From: Callorhinchus milii
Taxonomy: Eukaryota
Length of the DNA: 60,000 nucleotides
NCBI RefSeq assembly: GCF_018977255.1
Contig: NW_024704742.1
Coordinates: 1,800,001-1,860,000, forward strand
Direction of reading: 5' to 3'
Below the pieces are notes generated by a model that was not told the origin of the DNA, ran no database searches, and saw only the letters and a program-made list of their open reading frames with translations. Position 1 is the first letter of the stretch. Each line of letters begins with the position of its first letter. The position numbers were made by a program, and so were the translations under genes. Below, in pieces: positions 24,031-35,165 of this stretch.

Positions 24031-24835
24031 AATAATAATAATAAACTAATAACCTGACCCTGCCTTATCCCCATTTTGCAATGAAATCTATCTATCTCAG
24101 CTCTTTGTCTATAACGTACTGCAGTACTTATTATCCTTCGTGTGAAAGTAATTCTGTGTCCCACAGTTGCCACATCATTTTCATCTCCTCTCCCCACCTC
24201 TCCAGTTCTCTTCTGTTGTCTTCCAAAGGACCCGACTTGGGCTGAGACACAGTTCCACCATGAATTTGCAGACGAGCAGAGCTTTAGATGCTCTAGCCTG
24301 CCAAGGCCTGTAACTGTTGTGACCTTTTTTGTCGAATCACCCCTTTATTGGCTAGGTTTACACACCAAAGCAAGGTGCCCCAAAGTTCCTCACTGTAGCT
24401 TAACTGAATTGCCGGTGGGTGAACATCTCCTGAACAAGTTTATCCAACGGCATTGCTCAAGCTGCTTCGAGGTTGACCGTGTCGCAAAAGAGAAGCAAAA
24501 AATGCAGCAGTCGCTATTATTATTTTTTTATTTGACTAATGACGGGCTCGATCACACCTTTTTGCCGATGTGATCGAGGCTGAATGGTGTGTTTATGGCT
24601 CAGTGGATATTCAGCCCCTCTCTTCTGGTGAAGCTGATGCACTTGTTCGAAGTTCTGCTGCTGTGTTCATCCTCAAACATTGTAAGCTTGCTTCTCCGGC
24701 GTCAATGTTTCAATGACCCAGACCTCAAACCAACATGTTCAGCTTGAGTAACTGATGACTCGTGGTGATGTGTTGCAGCACTTTTCGACGCAATGCCTTG
24801 TAGCTTCTTACCTCATTCAGCAGTTCCTCACATAG

Positions 24836-25160
24836 TAATAATAATAATAATCCTTGCATTTGATATAGCGCTTTTCACGTCGGGAGGACGTCCCAAAGCG
24901 CTTCACAGAACACACTGTAAAGTGAATTGACTGTATATTTGTGGGCGAACGCGGCAGCCAATTGCGCACAGCAATGTCCCACAAACAGTCGTAGATTGAA
25001 AATGATCAATCTTTATTATTGTTTTTGGTTTTTGAAGGGATTATTATTAGGCTCTGTGTGGAGTAAGGAAACTTGCCCAAGGTTTCGCCCTCTGCCTGGA
25101 ATTGAACTCAGGTCTCTCGCTTGCAAAGCGAGTGCTCTAACCACTGAGCTACAGGACTCC
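24836..25160 (-). mobile_element. tRNA-Ala(TGC)-headed SINE, full length, young short subfamily
   Basis: A box TAGCTCAGTGG, anticodon arm CTCGC-TTTGCAA-GCGAG, B box GTTCAATTCC, body, 3' hairpin and (ATT)n. It is highly similar to 39539-39863. Confidence 0.95.
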
Positions 25161-25829
25161 ACATGGCCCGTTCTCAACAAGACCTCTCTATTTACTTGGG
25201 GCCCGATCATTGCGCATTGATTTTTTTTTCTTCTTCTTCCCTGTGCAAAATATGGTCCGTCTGCGCATTTAATATGAAAAGAAATCTTGACCGATCGCTC
25301 ATTCTGTTCCCGGAGTGGGTTTTTATTTTTGAATTTGGTTTTGTTCTTTTATTAGAGCATTAAATCATCACAGTAGAATTGCAGAGCTTTGAAGTAAAGT
25401 AACAGACGTATTGGTTATTCCATTTCTTGTGTTGTCTGTTATTCAGTGCCTATGTCCACAGAGCTTTACCTCATCATCTCTGCCTCCCCCTCCAATTCTC
25501 ACTCTGGGACACTCCCCTGCGCTGAGGGAAGGAATGGTGTACACGTGCAATTTGTTGTTGTCGCTATTGCATTCCATCCATCTGGAATAGAAGTGTTGGA
25601 AATAGACTGAGCAGAGCCTCAGGGTGACTGAGGGGATCTTTGTAAAGTGGCAATTCTCGACGACGATCCCAAGGAGGGTAATTTCCTTGCTGTTTCCTAA
25701 AGTTACGAAGCGTTCGACGGGCAAACCGCGGCAGCCGATTCTCGCACAGTGTTGTCCCACAAACGGCGAAGAATTGAACGGCCGATTTTATTGCAGCTTT
25801 TCCGTACAGTTCCAGGTGCCGAGCAGTTG

Positions 25830-26292
25830 TCCAGCCTGGCGCGACGCATCTCACCTCCGAGGCAGACAGTTGTGGGTTCAAGACCCACGTCAGGATTTGG
25901 AATCACACAGTCTAACCTGACACGCCGGTGATGGGGCGGGTGGGGGGTGGGGGGTGGTGGGTGGTGTTACATTGTTGGAGGTGCCGCCCTTCAGATGAGA
26001 TGTTAAACCGAGGTCCCATCTGCCTGTTTCAGGTGGACGTTAAAGATCCCACGGCACTATTCGAAACAAAAAAAGGTTTTTTTTCTCTCTACTTGGTGTC
26101 CCGGCCAACCAAATTCCCCAAATAAAATTGGTCACTCACCGCATGGCAGGTTGTGGGCCATTGCTGGCCCATCACATCTTACCCGTCAAACACACAGTCA
26201 CTCCACTTTACAGTGTGTCCTGTGAAACGCTTTGAGACGTCTCGACGTTGCGACCAGGTGCTACGTCAAACGCAAGGATTGCTATAGATTAT
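25830..26292 (+). mobile_element. Deu-domain SINE, near full length
   Basis: tRNA-like head (GGGTTCAAGACCCAC), Deu core CCTTCAGATGAGATGTTAAACCGAGGTCCCATCTGCCTGTTTCAGGTGGACGTTAAAGATCCCACGGCACTATTCG, then the 3' body and tail. Confidence 0.88.
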
Positions 26293-26411
26293 TAGAGCTT
26301 CTTTTCTACACTGACCTTACCTTCCGGATGATCAATTCTCTTTTGCGCCTTTTTCCGTGATGTGGATTTTCAGATGAGCGCAATGAGGAGTAATATTGCA
26401 AGCTGTTGTTA

Positions 26412-26482
26412 GACAGGAATCGAACCCAGGTCCTCTCGCTTGCGAGGCGAGTGCGCTAACCCCCCACTAAACTACCGGACTC
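26412..26482 (-). mobile_element. Isolated tRNA-derived SINE head
   Basis: The reverse strand reads GAGTCCGGTAGTTTAGTGG..TTAGCGCACTCGCCTCGCAAGCGAGAGGACCTGGGTTCGATTCC, homologous to the Ala-SINE head. No body follows. Confidence 0.7.
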
Positions 26483-27389
26483 TGAAAAAACTACAGGACT
26501 CAGCTTTTCTGCACAAGTCTCGATCACACTCTCGGACTTGACCAGTGCCTTTTCTGTCCTGTGACCGCAGGCAAAGTCAAATTTTCTGCCCACACACGAG
26601 CTGAGCTGTAAGGCCGAAGCAAAGACTTTTTTTTTCGAAATCTCTTGTGCGTGTTCTACCCTCACATCCTGCTGGAGAAAATTAAAGCACAGGAGCTATC
26701 AAACAGATGGTAATCTCCGTACTGACTTTACAACCAGGAGAATGTCAAACTCGGTAACACTCGTCACACGTAAAATGGGTATCAGGGACCTGTTCACGAC
26801 TGATCTTAAGTTACAGACAATTTTCCGACAATTAGCATTTAAATAAAAATAAATTTAGTGGCTCAGGTAACGTAATAAAACTTGGGCATAGATTTTGAAT
26901 ATTATCGGGACCCTAATATTTGATTTAAATCTTGTATTTTTCACCTCTATGTTACAATATAACGCTATACTCCCTGCCTGAGATGATAGCTAGGTAATCT
27001 TCACTTGTAACAGTTAATACTCCTGTGTCGTGTAAATAGTGTGACTACCAACTGTAGAGTATTGCCTTGTGCTTTGTAGCAATGCAAAGAGAATTATGCA
27101 GTGGATCGAAAGCAAAATTACTGAGAAATTGACATTTGTTTGGTATCACAATTCAATTATTTTGTTCACTGAGCAAACAAAAAAGGTATGAATTAAATTT
27201 CCGCGGTTTCCTTTATTTCTCTTAAAAAAAATAACTTTAAAAAGGGTAAGGTGTTTTGCGATATGTTAGCGACTTAGTACTTATTAGCACTGCCAATAAA
27301 TTTAGCGAACTGGTGATATTTACCACATTGACTGGTCTCTAGGTTTGCTGCAGGCAAACTCTTCTCATTAGCTATCTATGCCCTATAAA

Positions 27390-27749
27390 GGAGTCCTGTA
27401 GCTCAGTGGTTAGAGCAACCGCCTTGTAAGCGACAGACCTGGGTTCGATTTCCGGGAAGGGTGAAATGTTGGGCAAATTTCCTTTCTCCACACGGCTCTG
27501 TTTACCTAGCGGTATGTAGGAACCCGGTTATTAGTCGATTGGCGGATTGCTTTTCCGGGGGTAATAATTCCTTTTATAAAAAATTGGTCGTTTCAATCCA
27601 CGACTGTTTGTGGGACACTGCTGTGCGCAATTGCCCACACAAAACATATGAAGTCAATTCGCTTCACAGTATATTCTGTGAAGCGCTTTAAGATGCCTCC
27701 ATATCAAATGCAAGCATCATCATTATTATTATTATTATTATTATTATTA
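27390..27749 (+). mobile_element. tRNA-Ala-family SINE, full length, long subfamily
   Basis: GGAGTCCTGTAGCTCAGTGGTTAGAGC...GGTTCGATTTCC, the extra CTCTGTTTACCTAGCGGTATGTAGGAACCCGGTTATTAGTCGATTGGCGG module, the shared body and (ATT)n. Confidence 0.9.
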
Positions 27750-28645
27750 ATCTGCTGACTGCAGTTTACCCTGGGCTTCTGACTTCAGCTGCATTCCTTG
27801 CAAACCGCCTTAACTTTTTCAAAAAAAAAGTCATCTTACGGGTGGGGTCATACTGACTCAACACTCCTTCGGAGGGTACGGTTGGCTTTTTGGACCCAAC
27901 CATATTGAAGTTTCCCTCCAGCACATCTGGGAACCAGCCAATCTGTTCACAAAATCGCAAGAGGTCCAGATGAACTTAATTTTTTTCCAGAACACACATT
28001 GTACTGTCCTCCCACGATGGCACCAAGCTGTGAATTATTACTGGGTTACTTGATGGACTGGAAGTGCAGCCTAAAGAGATCTCAGTAAACATTCTTGTCG
28101 GTCGCTCAATCTAAGCTCAGTTTGGTTCCCACGCATGCACACATACATGAGCACATGTGCACGGCCCACACAAAAACACACACGCTCACGGCTTCCCTTT
28201 TGAAAACATTTGCATGTTTTTTTTGATCAAGTGAGGATCAGGGATTCTAACTATTTATTATACAGTGTTATTGGTTCCTGAGGCAAAGGCTGTGCTCAAA
28301 TTACAGCTCAATCCCACAGAGGTATGAGGCGACTGACACTTGCACAACAATTGTGGTTAGTTAGTGTAAAAGACAGCTAATTGAAAAGTTGTTTGCTGTG
28401 CAGTAGATCCTCCACTGTGCATAAAAACACTTATGTTGCTTTCAGTAAGCGGGAGCTGTGTTCCTGTCTCTAACAGCAGTAAACACAGTTTGATGTGTGT
28501 TGTATTAGTGCCTTTTGTTTGTAAATGTAGCTCCACTGGTAGTGACATTTAAGTTACCCAAGGAGTTAGTACGACCTGTTGCCTGATTCCTGTGAGAACT
28601 TCTTATACATCATGTTTGACACTTGAGAAGTGATGTTGTGCTTTT

Positions 28646-28702
28646 GTCTGTCTGTCTGTCTGCTGTCTGTCTGCTGTCTGTCTGTCTGTCTGTCTGTCTG
28701 TG
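28646..28702. repeat. (CTGT)n microsatellite
   Basis: Read directly. Confidence 0.9.
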
Positions 28703-28739
28703 TATGTATGAATGCATGTACATGTGCTTGGTTCCTTAA

Positions 28740-29268
28740 AACCCGTTACCCTCCCCTATCCTCACTTGGCTTCTCTGACTCCCCAGTGGGTTAAATCCAA
28801 GGTTAGCTTTCTCTCTAATATGGCTATGACTTCCCCCACTCTACTTGTGGCTCTACTGACGCTCCCTCCACTCAGTGAAAGATGTCCTGCTTCGTGTCCT
28901 GTGCCTGATCCACCCCTCCATCTCTAGGCGAGCTTTCAGTCATTCTGCCCCAATCTCTGAAACTCCCAATGTTCCTCCTCCTTGCCCACTCCTTTCCCCA
29001 CCTTCAACTACTGTCTTAAGACCTATCTCAGTCAATTCACTTTACAGTGTGTCCTGTGAAGCGCTTTGGGACGTCCTCCCGACGTGAAAAGCGCTATATC
29101 AAATGCAAGGATTATTATTATTATTATTATTATTATCTCTTTGTTCATTCTTTTGACCAATTTTTCTCACCCCAGCGCAGCTTCCCCAGCCCCCGGTTTG
29201 GGTACACACACTCTTTCAGATGTTCCCCCTGACGTAAAAAGCACTGTACAAATGTAAATTGTTGTTTG
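28740..29268 (+). mobile_element. Degenerate L2 3' region interrupted by a young SINE tail (29029-29136)
   Basis: An L2-like pyrimidine-rich ORF end (CCTTCAACTACTGTCTTAAGACCTATCTC) breaks at 29028. The SINE 3' end with (ATT)n follows. L2 sequence resumes at TCTCTTTG...GACGTAAAAAGCACTGTACAAATGTAAATTGTTG. Confidence 0.7.
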
Positions 29269-29879
29269 TGTGTATGAGTGTGAGTATGTATGTTTCTGTG
29301 TGTATGTTTTTATATGTTTATGTGGACGAGTGTGTTTGTATTTGCCTGTGCGCCTGTCGATGTGAGCGAGTGCGTGTGTGGCTTTGTGTCCATCAGTCTG
29401 TGTGTAGGTGTGTGACTGTGGGAGTGGTGATTTTCTGTGCCAATGCTTGTGTCTTTGTGGGTGTCTGTAAAGCTTTCCTCAGCATTATTGATTCCGCATG
29501 ACAACAGTGTTACTGGGGGCTGTACTGTACTTAGGAAGAAAGTTATTGTGCTGGTGCTTGGCCTTGCATTGGAATACCACTAATCAGAGGTAGTAGTCAT
29601 CTCTACACCAATGAATATTCATCTCCCGTTTCATGGGATTAAAACCCACGCTCTGAGAGGCTGAAGTTTCAGTGAATAGCCTTGCAGTTTGCACTGCGGG
29701 GAAACAATGATGTGTTGGAGCCTTTAGTAGGATCTGAATAGAGAAATATCTCTGCTCAGATATACTGTTCCGATTGCCTTCCAGTCAGTTCCTCACTGTA
29801 AGCAAAAGAGAACCAGTCGAGTGAGGCAAGACCTTGGTCTAAAATCCTGGCCCCAAAACTCAACGTACCGTTCTGCTGT

Positions 29880-30200
29880 CGACGGGGAGATGAACCCATC
29901 CGGGCTCAGATGATCTCAGGTTTGGTCACTTCTGAGTTAGGTGATCTCACAGCCAGAATGCGAGGCGTTTGCTAAAATTTGCCCAAGTGGCTGTGAAGAG
30001 GGAAAAAAATCCGACTGGGATCCTGCTGATGTTCGATATTCAGCACCCCCTACATGCTGCAGTAAATCCTCTTGGGCTGCTTTGAGATGTTTTGTCAATG
30101 TGATGAGGTACTGTATCAGATGTAAGGATTGTTTATTGTTGGGCTGCTCGTTTAGATGTCGGGTGAAAACAGGATTGTATTGGTTGCAATGTTCAAACCA
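29880..30200 (+). mobile_element. Older unclassified SINE-like repeat, degenerate
   Basis: CTCAGGTTTGGTCACTTCTGAGTTAGGTGATCTCA...GAGGGAAAAAAATC...GATGTCGGGTGAAAACAGGAT. Motifs recur at 2200-2260 (-), 23375-23410, 34725-34770 and 57090-57170. Confidence 0.4.
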
Positions 30201-30361
30201 AAATGGTTGCGTTAGCTGTAATACCTCAAGGTATGCCCACAGGTATATGGCAGCAAAGCAGGCAATTTGCACACAACAATGTCCTATGAACAGCCATGAA
30301 GGCACCTCCAACAACGCTGCACACCCCATACAACAGTGGTATGAGTTGGGAGTCCCAAGTG

Positions 30362-30396
<35 letters not shown>

Positions 30397-33300
30397 GCTC
30401 GAGCTATATATCACCACTTAATATCACCACTCAATAAAGTAAGGCACAACCAGGAAAGGAGGAGTGTGAAATATTGGAGGAAACTGGGGTGAGTGGAGGG
30501 TAGGGGGAGAGAGGGAGGGAGGAGAAATAGCACAAAAAGATACAGCGAAATGTCCAGGTCTTCTCCAGCTAAATTACAGCTGCTTCTAAAGACCTGGACT
30601 TGCCGAGTAACGATGTGGATTGTGATTGAAGTGCTGCGCTTGACAAAATAATTAAACGCTTCATTAAATAATGAGAAAAACTGGTGTTTTCAATCTTGTA
30701 AAAGATGAGCAGCACTGCAGGTAGTCCTGATTTGAATAAAATGAAATTGCCACGTGAATGATGAGAGCGTCTACGAACCACCAATCCATCAGCAGACCAA
30801 CTGATAACCAACGTTCGATGCTCCGCATTTAACTCGTTCTCTTGCTAGGAATGCACATGGATGGTCAGTGTTGGGATGGATGCAGTGTCGGCTGAGCCGA
30901 GCCGTATTTAGATTAAGCTATTTATTCAGTTAATGAGGAGCATCGATATTACAGCTCGCTTGTACACAGTTGATGCTTTGTCAACTAGGTGTTGTGACAG
31001 GATTTGAAACGTCAGATGGTTTTGTGATTTCCCCACCATCTGGTGTATACACCGAGCCAGAAAGAACCTGTCTCCAGCTGAATCTGCTGATTAGTTTTGT
31101 GACTACTTTCCCGAGTTCTTGACTCAGGAGACGTATATTAGTCAACATGTAACAGCCAGTCCACCGACCAGCTCTCACAATTGCCGTGAATCTAGCCGGC
31201 CAAATAGCAGTAAACCCATCTAAGACTGTTTGATAAGACAAGGGAGTTTCTCTCGGTGTCCTGGCCAACCATCTTCCAGATAAAATTGTCCACTGAGCAA
31301 ATTGGCTGCTGCGTCTCACATGTCACTACATCACAGTAAATTCTCGTGAAGCGCTTCGAGAAGGTCTAACAGTATGGGAAAGAGGCTACATCAAATGCAA
31401 GGACTGCGGAAAAATGTAAACGATCGTCCTTCTCGTTGAAGGAGATGCGAAACGTGTATTTATTGTCTTTTAAAAAAAAAAGACGCGAATTATTGTTAGA
31501 TTCCATGAACTGCAGATTACACGCAACGATACAAATCCAATCACCTGAACTTGCTCGATACCTCAGGAAGTCAGCACCCAGAGAATTAGTGACAGATCAA
31601 TTCACCCCCTAACACACACACACACACACACACACCAAAAAATCAGTTGAACCTCAATCCAGATGGGAATTGTACAACCACCACATATGCCCATAAGCGA
31701 TATTTCAAGTTATTTGTTTACCCGGAGGGAAAGCTCCTCTTGAGTGTTTGTCAGAGGCTGGTAAATGCTGTCAGGATCCCAGAAGATCAAAAAGAGGAAA
31801 GATGCTTCTGACGTCCGCTCATCAATCCTCCAGGTTAATACGGCTTTCGCCTCACGTCAGGTCAAAGCACTCCGAGATGCTATCCTGCACGAAGGGTGCT
31901 ATGTAAGTGCAGTTATAATGTTGATGCCTTTGTTGTTTGTAGCATCTTAGCTGAGTACGAAATGTCTGTTGCATTAACCTACATTCATAAATTCACCACG
32001 CTATTGAGACGCGATAAAGGGTAATACAAATGCAAGTTCTTTGTATTATACTTGCGTTGGGATTCATTGAAAGGCTTTGGCAGTAACCTTTCCGTCCACT
32101 TTTGTTTTCAGCAGACTCCGAAAATGTGTTTGTTTTCTTTTAAATCCACCTCCTCCCCCCCCAGTCCTCTCCATCTCCGTTCCGTACACTATTCTACGTT
32201 CAAAGGTGCATTGGCGGGTTGTGGTGCTGCCAGATTGAGTGTTCGGAAAAGGCTACCTCCCCTTAATCTTTTCAGCTTAAATCAGTCATAAATCATAGTG
32301 TTGTTCCCACCTAATCTCCGTCACACAGTGCCTGTTCTCGCCAATGTACTCTGCTCTTTTTGACAGCACGCTCAATTCGTCAGAAGTGCGTTCCCTGGAG
32401 TGAGCGGACAGGCTTTAATCATACTGCCGTTGAGTTGACCCTGTCGATTAGATTTTTTTCTCCCCCACCCCCTTCCCCACTCCCCCCAACAGGTCTTTCT
32501 TCTAAAAATATATTTTCAGCACAATTCTATTTTTCCCAAACGCCACATTCGTAAAATAAAATGTCGGTGTCTTTCTCTTTTGTCTCTGTGGAAGCACAGA
32601 CAACCCGTACGAAAGTTCGAAGACCTGTGCTTACACTCCTGGTCAGTACCGACCGGGGTGAGCCCGGCATCGTCCTGAGGGCCATCCTTTGGACAGGATG
32701 CTTGACGGAGCTTCCATCTCTTTGTTCAGGTGGATGTGAAATATTTTATGACGTTATCCTCAACAATTAATTGACTGATCCATTCATGGCTGTTCGTGGG
32801 ACCTCGCTGTTCCCAAATTGGCTGCCGCATTTGCCCCCGAAATACGGTCACTCTACTACATGAGAGCAATACCAATACACTGTGAATTAGTTTGAGACCT
32901 TTTAACATCCTATGCTCTTTCCGCCAAATGCCAAGATTCCTCTTATTATTTTTGGATCGCAGGAGTGTGGCGAAAGGGCAGGTAAGTGTCACCGAAAGGA
33001 AGGAACTGGCACAGGCACGATGGGCCGAATGGCCTTCTTCTGTGCCGTAAATGCTTATAGTTTTGCGGTGAAAGCAAGCTTACGTTGACGCCTCGTTTGA
33101 TGGGTGGTACTGTTTGCGGTGCAGCACCTAGTGCTTTGTAGAGGATAGTCTCTAACCCGGGGTGACTTTGAGAACCGTGTCATTTTAACGGTGTGTAGTT
33201 AATTAAGTTCCCTTTGCTTTCTCGAGCCCAGCAGCTACTCTGCCGTTTGAAGCTCCTTCTGTCTTTTGCACAGCGTATAATTAGGGACATGTTCAGCAAA

Positions 33301-33802
33301 CCCAGCACGCAACTCGCACCCCGAGGCCACCAGTGATGACTAACGCTGCCAGACTTCATGGGCACAGTGTGTGCTTTGCACATGGCGCACACAGCGTTTT
33401 ATCGTGCGTGTCTGTGACACGTGTCCAAGTGTTACACCTAGGAATTCCATGCAGATTTTCAAGGCTCTTTCTCCCCGATCCCGGGTCGAAGTTGTCCAGG
33501 TGACTGCCAAAACCTTCGAGGTGCTGAAAAAACTCTCTCCCAAACAGCAAGGAACCTGCTGACCGCAAACCTGTTTCAGCGATTCGGGAAATTAAAGAAC
33601 TGGATAAGCTTTCGGTGACCTGAACATTTACACCTGTTAAAGACAGCCCACCGGGGGTGGAAGGAGTCTTTTGCGCAAGTTCCAAATTGTTTCTTGCTGT
33701 TGTCCGCACATCGGGGCGGGGTGAGAAGTGAAATGTTCTTGTGGTTGTGTTCAGATAAGTCGCATTTTCTGCTGATAACTGGTTGTGTTTATGACCCATA
33801 CA

Positions 33803-34010
33803 TATAATAATAGTAATCCACGCATTTGATAAGGAGCTTTTCGCGTCTTCGAGACGTCTCAAAGCGCTTCACAGAATATACTGTAAAGTGAATTGACTGT
33901 GTATTTTATGGGCGAAACGCGGCAGCCAATTGCGTACAGCAGAGTCCCCACAAACAGCCGTGGATTGAGTGACCAAGTTATTATTATTATTTTTTTCTTG
34001 AGGGATTATT
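33803..34010 (-). mobile_element. tRNA-Ala-family SINE 3' two-thirds
   Basis: Closely matches 6875-7085 (TCGAA-loop type). Confidence 0.88.
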
Positions 34011-34249
34011 TTACATGCATACACACTCTCTCACACACACACACACATACGCTCATTCAGCACCAAAGATGTTCGGCACCTTCCTTGCTGGTGTTTCAGT
34101 GCATCTTCAGACCTTTGCCACTCGCCGGCTTCTACAGCTCACAATAGTACAAGCAGAGGTTTGGATTATGAAGGCTGTTTCTTTGTCCCATTTTATCTTG
34201 TCTTGATACCTAACCCTTCCAGAATACCAGACGTGCATTGCATTGCTGA

Positions 34250-34580
34250 CAACCTGACTCAGTTGGTAGCACTCTTGCCTCTTAAGTCAGAAGGTTGAAA
34301 GTTTCTAAGCCCCACGTCAGGGACTTTGAACTCGCACAGTCGAGGATGACACTGCAATCCAGTGCTGTGGGTCGACTGCATTGTCGAAGGTGTCGTCCTT
34401 CAGGTGAGATGTAAACTCAAGATCCCATCTGCCTGTTCCGGTGGAATGTAAAGATCCCGTGGCACTGTTTTTTCCTGGTGTCCTGGCCAACAGTCAGTCC
34501 CCCAAATAAAATTGGTCACTCACTTGATGGCTGTGTGTGGGACATTGCTGTATGGCAATTGTCTGTTGGGTTCATCAACA
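34250..34580 (+). mobile_element. Deu-domain SINE (head and core, tail missing)
   Basis: CTCAGTTGGTAGCACTCTTGCCTCTTAAGTCAGAAGGTTG head, then CTTCAGGTGAGATGTAAACTCAAGATCCCATCTGCCTGTTCCGGTGG..AAAGATCCCGTGGCAC and CCTGGTGTCCTGGCCAAC. Confidence 0.85.
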
Positions 34581-35019
34581 GAGGCTCTCTGTGAAGAGCT
34601 ATTAACAGCGAGAGAAGAATCTCGATGTTTTAGGTGCCGTTCTTGAATAGCGGTGTAATAGCACGTTTTTAGGGGAATCGGGGGGAGAAAGATTCAGTTA
34701 TTTCGAATGATTCAGACATTCGAGCAGAAGACCAGAGGGTCATCACTGGCACAGCCTGAGTTAGCTGGTTGCAAGTATCCTCCTTGATTTGTCATCAGTC
34801 CCTTATTGGAGTAAATGCACTGACTTTTTAACTGATCCTTAATACGCTGGGTTAAGGCATCTGGTTGCCCCCAGGATATTGGTGACTTAATTGCTGTGCG
34901 TGAAGCAGTTGAGGGTAGGTAAAAAGATAGCAGAGGAAATGGAGGAAACAATCCGAGAGAGATTATTAGTATTGCGTGACTTTAGAAGACAAGTACTACA
35001 TGTGGTACAACAAGTAGCT

Positions 35020-35165
35020 TTCGAAGGTGAGCCGTTTAAAAGGAAATTAGATATAAAGACTTGAAGACCAATGCTCCAAAGGATAAGGCAGAATGAAATT
35101 GGATAGATAGCTGCGAAGGGAAACGGCAGAGGTGTGATGGGCTGAATGGTCTCCTGTGTTTTAAT
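35020..35165 (+). mobile_element. CR1-type LINE 3' end, degenerate
   Basis: TTTAAAAGGAAATTAGAT...GATGGGCTGAATGGTCTCCTGTG. Confidence 0.55.

Noticed and set aside
25085..25160. Apparent tRNA-Ala(TGC) gene (also at 7120-7195, 27390-27460 and 39539-39612)
   Set aside because: The acceptor and T stems are imperfect, and each copy runs directly into a SINE body and L2 tail, so they are SINE heads.
29047..29232. Recurrent ORFs with KRFGTSS...RYIKCKDYYYY or ARIIIII motifs that look like a gene family
   Set aside because: They are translations of the SINE 3' tail and its (ATT)n repeat.
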